Assembly (NCBI GenBank): GCA_951406725.2
Contig: OX597817.1
Span: 87,420,001 to 87,484,000 of the forward strand
Direction: 5' to 3'
Length of the DNA stretch: 64,000 bases
From: Octopus vulgaris
Lineage: Eukaryota
The notes under the pieces are model-generated. The model was not told where the DNA came from. It saw only the letters and a list, made by a program, of their open reading frames with translations, and did no database searches. Made by a program: the position numbers and the translations under genes. Position 1 is the first letter of the stretch. Every line of letters starts with the position of its first letter. Of this stretch, positions 28,530-42,443 are shown in pieces.

Positions 28530-29100
28530 GATATGGTGTGCCGTGGTACCTTTCCTGTGTATAACATTGCAGTCTGATTAGCAACAATGTCATATCTCAT
28601 GGGAAGATAATGTCTTGCGGGTATTTTTGGAGACATACTGATAATATGAGTGATATCTTCAACATTGGTATGATACAATCGACATTTTTTTGTCACAGCA
28701 CGGATATAGCATCCATATCACTTTTATTGATCAAATATTTATTAGTTTTCTCATGTTCTTGGCTAACAAAGACGTATGTCCGTGAAATGACATGATGTAC
28801 CTATAACAGATCTTGGATAAGCTACTATCCCTGTTAATATTGTTGATGTTCTCCAACCTGCAAATTAAGTACCTAAGTATGAATTACTGCTGGTATGATG
28901 AGTATTTCTCCCTCGAATTTCTCTTTAAGCTATTTCAGCTACCTTGGTTAATATGGAACAGATGTAGACTCAATGTACCTATTCAGGAGTTCTTCCCTAA
29001 TCTCATGATTTTTATCTCTTTCCGGTTCAGTATACGCGTGATGTACTCATTTCTCTTTTTAATGTTCGATAAATGATGTCTTAGGGATACGATGCTGCAC
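28530..29100 (-). mobile_element. R4/Dong-like LINE fragment (CCHC/RHD region)
   Basis: KCRLYHTNVEDITHIISMSP..YLPMRYDIVA parallels 47740-47800. Confidence 0.65.
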
Positions 29101-29892
29101 TCAAAAGTCTGAACTTATGCCTCCGACCATCCGACCATCCATTTTAAACACTATCGCATACAGCGGTCTCAAAACGAGGTTCGTTGTGTAAAAGTATCCA
29201 GTTTTCTAATAATACCTTTACTCACCATATCGTTTCTTATATTTAAGTTTATATTTAACACATGGGTTAATCGTGCACATCCATACTTTTATACAAAATA
29301 TATAAAATACATATGCTTCATGTACGTTCCTATTGGAGATAGAACTGAAATAGGTTGTACCTGTAAGGCTTTGTTGAAGTATAGTAAATACAACTTTAAT
29401 TTACAACCGCTGGGAACCAAGTATTTTATATATATGTTTTTTTCCTAGAAAGAACGTAAGCTTACTATTACGGAATATAAAACTTAATATTTTGGTTGAG
29501 TGAAAATATTTTTTGCTTGCAGTTTGCCGGACGGCAAATGCACCAAACGTCATGAACCAGACAGTAGCTTCTATGGCTTGTTATTGAAAATTCTTAATGA
29601 ATACTATTCAGAAATTGATGCAATTATAATATATAAATGTGTCAGATAATATGTGTATTACTACGTGCGAATGCGGCTGTCTTCATGTGACTGTTCGTAT
29701 GTGTGTGCATGTGTGTGCGTGCGTGTATGTGTGTGTATGTGTTGGAACTTATATTCGTGAGTATTATATATGTATATGTCTGTGCGTATATGGTTTTAAA
29801 TTTACACAGTGCTTATATTCTTTCCCGCTTGTTCATTTTCTGCCTCTCCTGTTTTTCTGCTTATAAAAATACATAAAATATAGTATAGTATA

Positions 29893-29947
<55 letters not shown>

Positions 29948-30337
29948 ATCCAAACATGAAAACACAAAGAGAAAACACAACAACGCGAGGACGTGGAACA
30001 AATATAGTATTATGTATGTATGTATGTATGTATGTATGTATGTATGTATGTATGTATGTATGTATGTATGTTTGTATGTATGTGTATATGTATATATTTA
30101 TGTATATACGCACGCATACTCACACACACATGCACACATACATACACACACACACACACACACATACATACATATATATATATATATACAGAGAGGAAGA
30201 GATTTGAGAGAGAGAATTAGATAGGTAGATGGGTAGATAGATAAAGGGAGAGCGGGAGAAGGGTACATACATACATATATATATATATATACACACACAC
30301 ACTGATACACGGACATATAAATAGGAATATATATTAT

Positions 30338-30485
<148 letters not shown>

Positions 30486-31315
30486 CCCGTGTGTACACAT
30501 GCAACAGCTTTTCTTTCAAAGATGTTCTATTTTAAAAATGCGACTACGTTTCAGTTTGAAATGCTTTTGAAAGAATATTCTTATTTCCTTATTTCCTATC
30601 TTTAGTGTGTAGAAGAAAAAAAAAGAAAAAAAGAAGAGCTCCTCAAATCATTGTTCCATTAACGTTTCATGATATTCTTATAATCGCAAAGAAATTATGA
30701 TAAAGATACCGGATTGCATAGGCTGCCCTGGTCACGGGGAAATATTATTTGGCACCACAACTACAAGTATGTATAGAATTCCGCCAAAAATGAGAAAAAT
30801 AACTCTAGAATCTTTAGTAATAACTAATACAAACCAAACATCAACACATCGATATATCGCAGTTAAAATAGATAATAAAATATAGCAGAATTTGGCATTT
30901 GTTATTCTTAATCCGGTGTTGACAACTTTTTAACGTTAGAACTGTTTCATTCAAATCTTGCAAACAAAACTTCAACCTTATGATGAAACCGGGAGAGCTA
31001 GGAATCATTGCGGGCTTTATTCCAGCTCATGCACAGATTTTTTAATTTTTTTTTTTTTTAAACTAAACGCTTTGAAACTTTGGATACTGGTAGAATGCGT
31101 CACGTAGAACAGGGTTTACACTTAAGGTTTTTGACAAAATTTTGTATTTTATAAGTTATTTCGTGTTAAAGTTGTCGTATTTGGGTAATTTTAACCAATC
31201 AATGGCATGTATTCAGCTGAAGACAATTACTGCTGCTGTTTGCGAACAACTTCCGGGTCCATTGACAAATGTTTTTATAGCAGCAAAGATGAGAATGTGT
31301 CCATTTATCTATCTC

Positions 31316-31353
<38 letters not shown>

Positions 31354-31639
31354 GATATATATATATAAATTAAATTAGAGATAAAACCACTATTAGTCAA
31401 ATCAATGAAAAACATAAACCAAAACATAAAAATAAACATAATATAATATACAAAATATATAAAATATAAAATTTAAAATTTAAATTATTTAAATTTAAAA
31501 TGTTTAATTTATATTTATAAATTTTTATATTTTTTTTAATATTTTTAAAATTTTAAATTAATAAATTTTAAAAATTTTAATTTAATTATTTTATATATAT
31601 AACTATCAAAAATTATTAAGAAGTTTATATATATATGAG

Positions 31640-31972
31640 TGAGACCCCCTTCGGTTTGACTGCCCATGGGATTGCACCTAGAAAGTTACCCTCCCAGGCA
31701 CAAGTCCGGGCAAGGTTGTTTATGGAAGAAGCAGTCGCCCATGCATACTGGCCTCCCCTCTCCACGCCACCAGTGTTATCCACGGGAAAGGCAACGGTCG
31801 ATACAACTTAGCACCTGTGACGTCGCAACTCATTTTTACAGTTGAGTAAACTGGAGCGACGTGAAATAAAGTGTGTCTTGCTCAAGAACACAAAACGCAG
31901 CCCGGTCCGGGATTCGAGCTCACCTCATGATCGTAAGCTTGACGCTCTAACTACAGAGCCATGCGCCTTCAC
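31640..31972 (-). mobile_element. tRNA-derived SINE (family B)
   Basis: Reverse-complement homologue of 21617-21955. Confidence 0.8.
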
Positions 31973-32021
31973 GTGTGTGTATACATATACATATATGTAT
32001 GTAAGTCTATACATATGTGCG

Positions 32022-32108
<87 letters not shown>

Positions 32109-32615
32109 ACATGAGAGCCAGAAAGAGTGAGACAGTCAGACAGACAAACAGATGGACAAAGAGAGACACAGAAACGTGAGTGGGCATATATTCCACTCTC
32201 TCTGTCTCTCTCTCCCTGTCTTTCTCTCTCTCTCTCTCTCTCTCCCTCTCTCTCCTTCTTTCTCCCTGTGTGATATAACTTATACAGCCATACTTCACTG
32301 TACATATATCTTTAAATAATAATTTTTCATTTAAATAATCTTTTGCTGTGAGTGTTCAATATGAAATTCAAACTTAATTAAAATACTTTGAGCTGTAACA
32401 ATATTTGTTTTAATAAACTCGACCAGAGAGTAGAAAGCTGAAATATGTCATAGAAAGCAGATGTCTACTGTTTAATGGATATAGACGTATGTGCATGTAT
32501 TTGTGTTTCCATACATATGAATATGTGTATGTGGTGGTGGTGGTGGTGATGGTGGTTGGATGAGTTTGTGCATGTGTGATAGATAGACTGTGTGTGTGTG
32601 TGAGAAAGAAAGATA

Positions 32616-32660
<45 letters not shown>

Positions 32661-33034
32661 AGAGAGAGAGAGGGAGAGAGAGACACACACACAGACAGAC
32701 AGACAGAGTGAGTCTACAAGAGCGTAATTCAAGCAACGAGACATGAATCACTAATTGGGTATAATTGTATTAGTGTTCTCTTCAGTAAGCACACAACAAG
32801 CCTATACATTATCATCAGTTCATTTAAGCTATGATGACTACATTATTACTGTTTGTCTCGCATATTATTTTTACTGAACAAATCATACGTATTTACACAT
32901 AGATATGTTCATTCTTCCTATGGGACGATGTTGCCGCATCGAAGAGTAGCGACGGATCAAATTGTCTGCTACGTATGAATAAATAAATTCTACTGCATAC
33001 GTTAAGTATGTTTCTCATATATGTATATAAATAT

Positions 33035-33461
33035 AGGTATAAATTTAAGAATAAGCAAGTTTGGCCAGTCGATATGCAAATATATTAAATACATTTAATA
33101 CAAAAATGTACATATGTTTACATATAAGACTTACACAGAATGGAAATGATATCAGGAATTAAAGGGCTTGAATAAACGTTTTACGTGTTCAACACCTCAA
33201 ATGTGAAATTCTTCCCTGAAGACGGTGGCTGGTATTGTCCGATGATGGAATCAATTTACAATCACTATTTTGGACCACCAAGCTCCCAGAAACAGCTGCT
33301 GGACTCGCAAAACACTTATTCAACCTTTTTACTTCCTGATATCATTTCTGTTTAAGTTAGACCTTCTTATATCTAAAGATATGTACATTTTTTGCATTAA
33401 ATGAATTTAGTATTTTTTGTATATCGACTTACCTAACTTGCTTATCCTTACGTTTACTCCT
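33035..33461 (+). mobile_element. decayed hammerhead-bearing element inside ~155-bp inverted repeats
   Basis: Arms 33035-33190 and 33300-33461 are inverted. The centre carries CUGAAGA (33216) ... GAAAcagctg (33289). Confidence 0.6.
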
Positions 33462-33726
33462 CTACCTGCTCAAATTTAAACTTCTCGAGCACTACCAAGT
33501 GTATTCTATACGGAGAATATTTCTCTCATCTGTAAGTCACTGATGGGTTTCAATTTGTAATAACTTCCTTAAATCATATTGCTGTGATGTAGTAGCGTTG
33601 CAAAATTCACTCGTGCATATTAATTTCCATTATGTCCTTCATATTATATCAAACTTTCATGCATTTATTTGTAAAATTAAGGAAGTTACGAAAAACTAAA
33701 ACCCATCAGTGGTTTTTGGGACACCT

Positions 33727-33767
<41 letters not shown>

Positions 33768-33779
33768 TCTTTTATTATT

Positions 33780-34170
33780 TTACTTGTTTCAGTCATTTGA
33801 CTGCGGCCATGCTGGAGCACCACCTTTAGTCGAACAAATCGACCCCAGTACTTATTCTTTGTAAACATAGTACTGATTCTATGGGTATCTTTTGCCGAAC
33901 CGTTTGGCTACCGGAACGCAAACAAAACAACATCGGTTGTCAATCGATGGTGCGGGACAAACAGACTCACAAACATATGCATACATATATGTATGTACAT
34001 ATATATATATATATATTAGAAGGGCTTCTTTCAGTTTCCGTCTAGCAAATCCACTTTACAAGGCTTTGGTCGGCCCGAGGCTATAGTAGAAGACACTTGT
34101 CCAAGGTGCCACACAGTGGGACTGAACCCGTAACCATGTGCTTGGGAAGCAAGTTTCTTACCACACAGCA
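33780..34170 (-). mobile_element. tRNA-derived SINE (family A)
   Basis: Collinear with 2822-3225. Confidence 0.8.
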
Positions 34171-34194
34171 ACGTCTATATATACATACATACAT

Positions 34195-34346
<152 letters not shown>

Positions 34347-34510
34347 TGGATAGATACATATTGTGTGTACAGTTGGCGGCTTGATGACTGCTACTTTTGA
34401 GTTATGGAGCTTGAAATGTAGATTTTTATTATGCCGTTTGCATCTGGTATAGAGGTTTGGTCACTATAGTCATCAGGCCGCCAACTGTACACACAATATG
34501 TATCTATCCA

Positions 34511-34562
<52 letters not shown>

Positions 34563-34745
34563 TCTATAGTACATAGCAATCGTGGTTGAGCTTTCCATTG
34601 GGCATGGAGCATCCATTGCAAACGTTCCAAACAACCACAACGATGAAACGTGAGTAGGGAGCAAATGTTATACACTTTCTCTAATCATTTCTGAGATCGT
34701 TAGCTCCTACACGCATTTTTTCTCTCCTTGTTTCTTTTCTGTGTA

Positions 34746-34783
34746 TCTTTCTGTCGAAGAGCGTAGGCTCGAAACGTAAAAGA
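34746..34783 (+). ncRNA. minimal type I hammerhead-like motif (core variant CUGUCGA)
   Basis: tcttt-CUGUCGA-a-gagc gtag gctc-GAAA-cg-UA-aaaga. Stems I and II are perfect; stem III is palindromic ACGU. Confidence 0.5.
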
Positions 34784-34879
34784 CTTGTTCTATTTCTATT
34801 CCTGAGCGCCATACTAATACATTTGTTTGTTTGTGCTCCACCTGCCTTCGTCTTTAGTTTATTTTCGTAAACCTTCCCG

Positions 34880-34966
<87 letters not shown>

Positions 34967-36915
34967 TGTATGTATGTATGTATGTATGTATAAATTCTTA
35001 TGTCATGAGCAACACACACACACACACGCAAGCGAGCGTGCACATATCGTAAGCAAAATGCGCGCGCGCACACACACACATGTATATATGTTTTACTTTA
35101 TAACAAAGATATTGCATTATCTTCAATGATTACAACACTGTGTTGTCTTCCTGCAAAAAAGTTAACTCATATTTCTCGAGTTACATAATTTATAAAAAAT
35201 TTATCTCTGAGCTTTTCGCTAAAAGTACAGTTATTTGCTTTCATCTCTAACGTGACTCAAAAATAGTGAAATCACTGTTACTTGCTAAGCTTCTAACGCA
35301 TCAGTATGAAAAAACTGTCTGTAAATGAATGTGTGCTTCTGTGTGTAATGTACTGTGATGTTCGTTTTTCTTGAGTGAGGAGCACAATTAGGTGTAGGCC
35401 GAAGAATCTAAGTTACATGTTTGTTAGAGAACAGTGGTTAACTACAGGTATGCGTTTCTATGATGTGTATATGTGTGTGCACGAGAAAAAGAGGAAGAGT
35501 GATAGAGGGACAGAAAGAGTGAACTTCAACACACTGAATAATCCATTTCCGGATTATTGTTGTGAGTGTATTCTAAATATACTTGCATCTAATACTGTAT
35601 TAGCAAAAGCAGCGAATACACACGTCAAAGAGATTCATTTGACAGGTAATATTTTTGTGTTTGTCTCTCCTCTCCAGAATTATGTTACTGACTAGCATCT
35701 TCTTCAACAGCTAATCCTTCGAGCCAACATCGGAGCCTTTACGTAGTCTGTTAATGAGCTAGAAATAACAGCCAAATCTCCTTCAAACGTCATTTTACCA
35801 TCTTAAAAGACTAAACCAATTGAACAGCGTAAATGTAGATACATTATTTCTGAAAATAGCTTGAATGCCTTTCATTAAAAGTCTGCTCAATAAAAGCAGA
35901 GCTGAATGTAAAAATGAATTTCATTTTGTAGATTAAGAAGAGAAATGATAACCTTAGTCTCATTACTTTAAAGAAGGATTAATAAAAGATGTAACGAAAA
36001 TGTCGATTTCAGTCGTTATTTTTTAACCTCTTCCACTCTTTCAGTCTTGGTCCTGCCGGAACATTATTTTTTCTGTTCATTATCGATCATATCGGTTTTT
36101 CTCTTTTTCTTCTGTACTTGTTTCAGTCATTGGAGTGCGGCCATGTCTACCAAATTCTCTCACAACGCATTGGTCAGCCTGGGGTTTCCATACTTATTTT
36201 GGTGACCTCGGAAGGATAAATAGACGAGGGCGGATATCGATTTCAGGTTATAAAGTGACTTTCAACCATTTTATTCATTTCAGCTATTTGAGCATGACCA
36301 TATTTGGGGAATCTACTGTTAAAATATAGTCACATACACACAAAACATATTTTGTTGTCTTTTTTTACTTATTTCAATCATTAGACTGCAGTCATATTGG
36401 GGCACCGCCGGGAAGGATTTTTAGTTAAAGGAATCGAACTTAGTATCTTTTTTTAAGCTTGATACTTATCCTGTCGTTCTATTTTGCCGAACTGCAAATC
36501 AGCTTTAATAATGTAGCCTTCCAGTCTCATTGCTTTGGTGTGATGTTGTGGAGAATAAAAAAATTGGAGAAAAAAGTTACAGAGGTTTAAAAATCGAAAA
36601 AAAACTGTATATTTTTAGCCAACAGCGTGACAGAAATTGTCTGCGTTTAGCGGAGCGGTGTCAACTATAAGGTTGTGCACTGTGAAATTTATAGTTTAGC
36701 GTCTGACCTGTTCATTGTAGGTTTCTAAATAAACTGAAATACCTAATAAAATCAACATGTATCAACTTACTGTTTCTTTTGTCTCTTCATTGATAGTATT
36801 TTTATTATTATTTTTTAAAATTTGTTATATTAATATATTTATCTGCATGTGTTTATTTAGGCGCATTTCAGTATTATGTATACCTGTCATGTATTTGTGT
36901 ACATCATTAATATAT

Positions 36916-36955
<40 letters not shown>

Positions 36956-38763
36956 AGTGTAAAATGAGGGCGTCTGTCTCCAAAACTCCAAAGTTGAGTA
37001 ACGTTTTCATGCTTGGATTTGTAAGCTACGATAAAAATAACACTGGTCAATAAAGAATTTGTCCCAAAGAAAAGAATACCGGTATCTTATATGTTTTTGC
37101 ATACAGAATTCAGAAATAATATTAAATTATCTGCATCACCCACAGTTCCTCTATTCCACGATATCTCTCTCAGTTCCTGTTGCGTGGGCTAAATTTCAGT
37201 TAAGCTGCTGAAATATGAAGCTAACGGTTTAAGAAATACTCCTAATTTAATTTTTTATGAATGGAATTAACCTAGTGAAATCATAAATCCAGCTACCTGA
37301 GTCAATGAGTCCCCAAAATATATGAAAATGAAAAATATGCTAAAATACACACAGAAAAAGCACAGAGAAATACTAACACAGAGAAGTACAGAAAAATATG
37401 TAATATACTAACAGACAGAAAAATTAAAACAAAGAATCAAGTGTGAAAAATAATTACAGATAACAGCGGCATAGACAACAGTGCACCACAACACAGCGTG
37501 GGGTTGTCATGGTAACAAGCTGCTAATGCCATGCTATCTGTTGATTGGCTAAAATTATCCAAATTTTCCAACTTTAATTCCAAATAACATCAGATTCTTT
37601 AATTTAAAGCAATATGAGCAAAATTAGGTAAGGGGGGTTATTTAGCGAATGTGAAAGACTGGTGAAAGGCTAGTTCCCAAATATATATACGACGGGCTTC
37701 TTATAGTTTCCGACTACCAAATTCTCTCACAAGGTCCGAGATTATAGCAGAAGACACAAACCCAAGATTTAATTCTTAAGCCGAGTACTTATTCTATCGT
37801 ATGTCTTTTGCCGGTTATAGCAGAGACACTTACCCAAGGTGCCACGTAATGAGACTGAACCATGTGGTTGCAAAACAAACTTCTTACCGCATCGACCTTG
37901 AATGAAAGAAAGACAAAAAGACAAAAGAAAGACAAAATTTCAAAATAAGCCTGATTAAGATTCGAACTCCGAACGTAAAATATATCAGAAACTATTTTTA
38001 GTCAAAGCTCTATTGATTTAGCCGAATAGCAATCTCGAATAACTACATAACTTAATAAATTGTCCCATCTTATAGCTGCAAGTTGACTTAAGTTTTATTC
38101 AATATATGTATTGCATATGCTTTTATATGCTACTAACACAATTTCTTTTTCATAAAAAAGCATAATCTTCTTCACAAAAATCTTACTATAATTGATCATA
38201 TTAATACTAATCTTACCGAAGTAGCAATGTCTAATCCCACACCAAGAACATTAAATAACGTTTCTCCACTGAAAACATAAAAAAACTGATCGTTTTAAAA
38301 AGAGAGAAAAATCAGAAAATGACGTAAAATGTTTAAAATATGTGACACGTATGATCATCTCATTATACAGATATACAAATATTCACTCGAAACCACATCT
38401 TTATACGTATGCAGATAGATACATATACGCACATATATAAATATGCACACATATATATATGACAAATATATATATATATATACATACAAACACACACGCA
38501 AATGCTTATATTCCTGTTTAAAATGTGGAGTAAGTTGCATATTCAACTTTATACTCCATATCCATTATTTATTCAATATCTAAATCATCATGGATATTCA
38601 GCGAATGTAAGTATATTCAAACACACATATGCGCACGAGCACGCACAATGTCACACTGTGTATGCTTCTCTCGCTCTCTCTCTCTATCTCTCTCGCTCTG
38701 GACATATATTCATACATATGTACATACATACATACACACATACATATGCATACACTTGCATGT

Positions 38764-38825
<62 letters not shown>

Positions 38826-38830
38826 ATGTG

Positions 38831-38863
<33 letters not shown>

Positions 38864-39106
38864 GGTATAATTTGTAAATATATATATGAACTCATATGCA
38901 TACTTAAACAAACATTTACATATACATACATATATACACAGATACACACGCACACACATGCGTGAGCATACACACACACACACACACACACACATACACA
39001 TACATAGTTAATACATAGTTATTTACATTTTTCTGTCTGTTTACCTCTCTCTTTCTTGCTTTCCCTTTTTCTCTCTTCAAATATATATACATATCTATGC
39101 TTATGC

Positions 39107-39137
<31 letters not shown>

Positions 39138-39175
39138 GTTAATCCAAACATATATATATATATATAGTTAATCCA

Positions 39176-39223
<48 letters not shown>

Positions 39224-39558
39224 TGAGTATGTGCATGTGTGTATGTATGTGTATGTGTATAAGTGAGTGCGTTCATATTAATCACACGTACACACACAAG
39301 TTTTGGAATGGATATGCTTAAGCTCTCGTAATAGATGCAGATTTGTAATCATATGACTTCACTAATAGTTGTATGCTCGTGTTTCATATGGGCATAGAAA
39401 TATATACGTATATGAAAATGCCTCTGTTGTTTTTATACACGCACACATACAAAGATATGCACACACATGCACACATACACACATATACATTTATACATAT
39501 ATACATTTACATATATATATATATATATACATATGTGCATGTATATATACGTGCGTAT

Positions 39559-39612
<54 letters not shown>

Positions 39613-39719
39613 ACATTTATATATATATATATTGATAGACAGGTATTATATTTACATATATGTAACTATCTATTTAATTTATATATTTAATTGTGTGTGT
39701 TTGTGTGCATATGTGTGTG

Positions 39720-39782
<63 letters not shown>

Positions 39783-39953
39783 ATAATATTTATATATATT
39801 TAATTTAATATTTAATACATACGCGCCCATGAGTTTAGTTGTATGTGTATATGTGTACGTGTGTGCGCATTTATGAATATAACACTGAACCGTAAATTTA
39901 TACATTAATATACGAGTACACAAACGTATTGTCACGTATACACACACACACAC

Positions 39954-39994
<41 letters not shown>

Positions 39995-41845
39995 AAATAT
40001 CCTATTGGATTTAATGATAAGCCATTAGCTTTCGTTTAAATAATACATTTTAGTATTAATATCTAGAGACCGCTAAGAGCCATTTTACGATCCTCTTAAA
40101 CCGAATTTAAGTTTCCTTGCCAATCTGGCATAAAACCATTAGAGGATTGGAGGATATCTCCGTTCACCAAACAAAAATAAAATAAAATAGCAAATATCCA
40201 AAGCACTCCAAATAATGAGAACAAGTTTAATTTTTCTTTAAATTCTATCTCATTGAGGTAAAACCTCGATTCTATTCCATCAAGAGGAAATGTCTTCATT
40301 AAATTCTTTGAAAAGAGGTAGCCTATATTTCGAACTCACAACGTAATAATCTGATACAAATTGCATTACAGATTGCAATATTATTTAAACGAATGCATTA
40401 CCGTATTTAGTCTTGAACCTTTATGTCTTGAGCTCAAATCCAACGAGAATTGACCTTTTCTTTCTTATTCTAAGCTGGATAAAATGCAGTACCCTGTATG
40501 CCGGTTTTTAAAGACGTACTTTTTTATTGTTAAATGTAACGAAGACAAATGATATGCATTAAATGCGATCGTATTACAGGTGGAATACTGAGTACATGAG
40601 TATATGATGAAAGATTAAACATGTTTTTTTCCACAAAATGTTGGTTTTATACGAGAATGCGTCTTACACACCGGCAAATACGGCTGTTTACAATTGCTAA
40701 AGTCCCTCAACATTTGTAGACTTCTACCAGTGTTAGAAACCTATACCACGGAGAAAAAAAAAACTGCAGATGGTCGATTGTTTTTGATTTGAAAAATCAG
40801 TAGACCGTCTGACCAAATGTTTTATAACATTTAGTTCTCTTATTAAATCCCATCAAATTCATCCTTCTAGTGTTGTTAAAATGAATAACAATCTTGTTTC
40901 TTTATTGCCCACAAGGGGCTAAACATAGATGGGACAAACAGGGGCAGACAAACGGATTAAGTCGATTACATCGACCCCAGTGCGTAACGATCTAATAACG
41001 GGATATTATAATCAATTATACATCTTCTATTAGTAAAAGGTAGTCAAGATATATTGTGCTGTTATTACAGAAAAAATCTTTTCATCACATATGAACATCC
41101 TAATATCAATCAAGTTAAAGTGCTAGATAAAAAAAAAAAGAGGAATTAGTCACCCTTAATTGAAACAAGATAACCAGAATAAAAAATAAAGCAACAACAG
41201 ATAATGTAAAAATATCTGAAAGAGTAAATATGAAATAAAATGTATAAAAATATAGGCAAATGATATAAAAGAGTTTTTCCCAAACCGACTACACAGATGG
41301 GTAAGTGAGGACAAAACAGTTAGTGAATTGAAGATTCTAAAGAATTCATGGATGAATGCATAAAGGCAGAGAGGTCAAACTAATAGCTAGAGACTGTGTA
41401 CAACAATAAACTTCTCTACGAAGTCAACAAGATCACAAAAACATTACAGCTAGCATTTGAACATTCCAGAATTTTACTCACACACCGACGCCTCAATAGG
41501 CTTATCAGTGTATTTATATGGGATAAACAAATTACATAGACATGTGTGTGTATACAAATAAATACACATACTCATACACAAGTACACTCATACTGCGCAC
41601 ATACGTACATATATATACATATACTTACACTTTTATACATACATATATACAAAATACACATATACAGATTTTTCTGCATGCGCTCGACTATAAATGCATA
41701 CATAAAAGACATGCACAATAAGTACAGATTTTTAGAATATATAAAACATAATACTTATACAGAATAATATAGACACGAACGTACACGCATATTAACAAAT
41801 ACATGCATGTATGTATGTATGTATGTATGTATGTATGTATGTATG

Positions 41846-41901
<56 letters not shown>

Positions 41902-42060
41902 TATAATATAATATAATATAATATAATATAATATAATATAATATACATACATACACGTATACATACATTAACACACACACAGACATATGTGCTTCCGATA
42001 ATGTTTACAACACTAGCGCTGCTTTTAATTTAGTACTGAATTTCATCTTATGTATCTTTT

Positions 42061-42443
42061 TTTTTTTTTTGCCCACAAGGGCTAAACACAGAGGGGACAA
42101 ACAAAGACAGACAAAGGGATTAAGTCGATTACATCGACCCCGAAAGGATGAAAGGCAAAGTCGACCTCGGTGGAATTTGAACTCAGCACGTAACGGCAGA
42201 CGAAATACCTATTTCTTTACTACCCACAAGCGGCTAAACACAGAGGGGACAAACCAGGATAGACAAACGGATTACGTCGATTACATCGACCCCAGTGCGT
42301 AACTGGTACTTAATTTATCGACCCCGAAATGATGAAAGGCAAAATTGACCTTGGCGGAATTTGAACTCAGAACGTAACGGCAGACGAAATACCGCTAAGC
42401 ATTTCTCCCGGCGTGCTAATGGTTCTGCCAGCTCGCTGCCTTA
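42061..42443 (-). mobile_element. SINE (family D) with internal duplication
   Basis: Head aaggcagcgagctggcagaa..gagttcaaattcc (B-box-like). Partial duplication 42073-42210 vs 42223-42390. Confidence 0.75.

Noticed and set aside
35756-35770. gagctagaaata resembling the Cas9 sgRNA scaffold
   Set aside because: Short match only, with no remaining scaffold; part of a host repeat.
40096-40299. 67-aa minus-strand ORF with a hydrophobic stretch
   Set aside because: No recognisable motif or splice support; hydrophobicity is expected from T-rich sequence.
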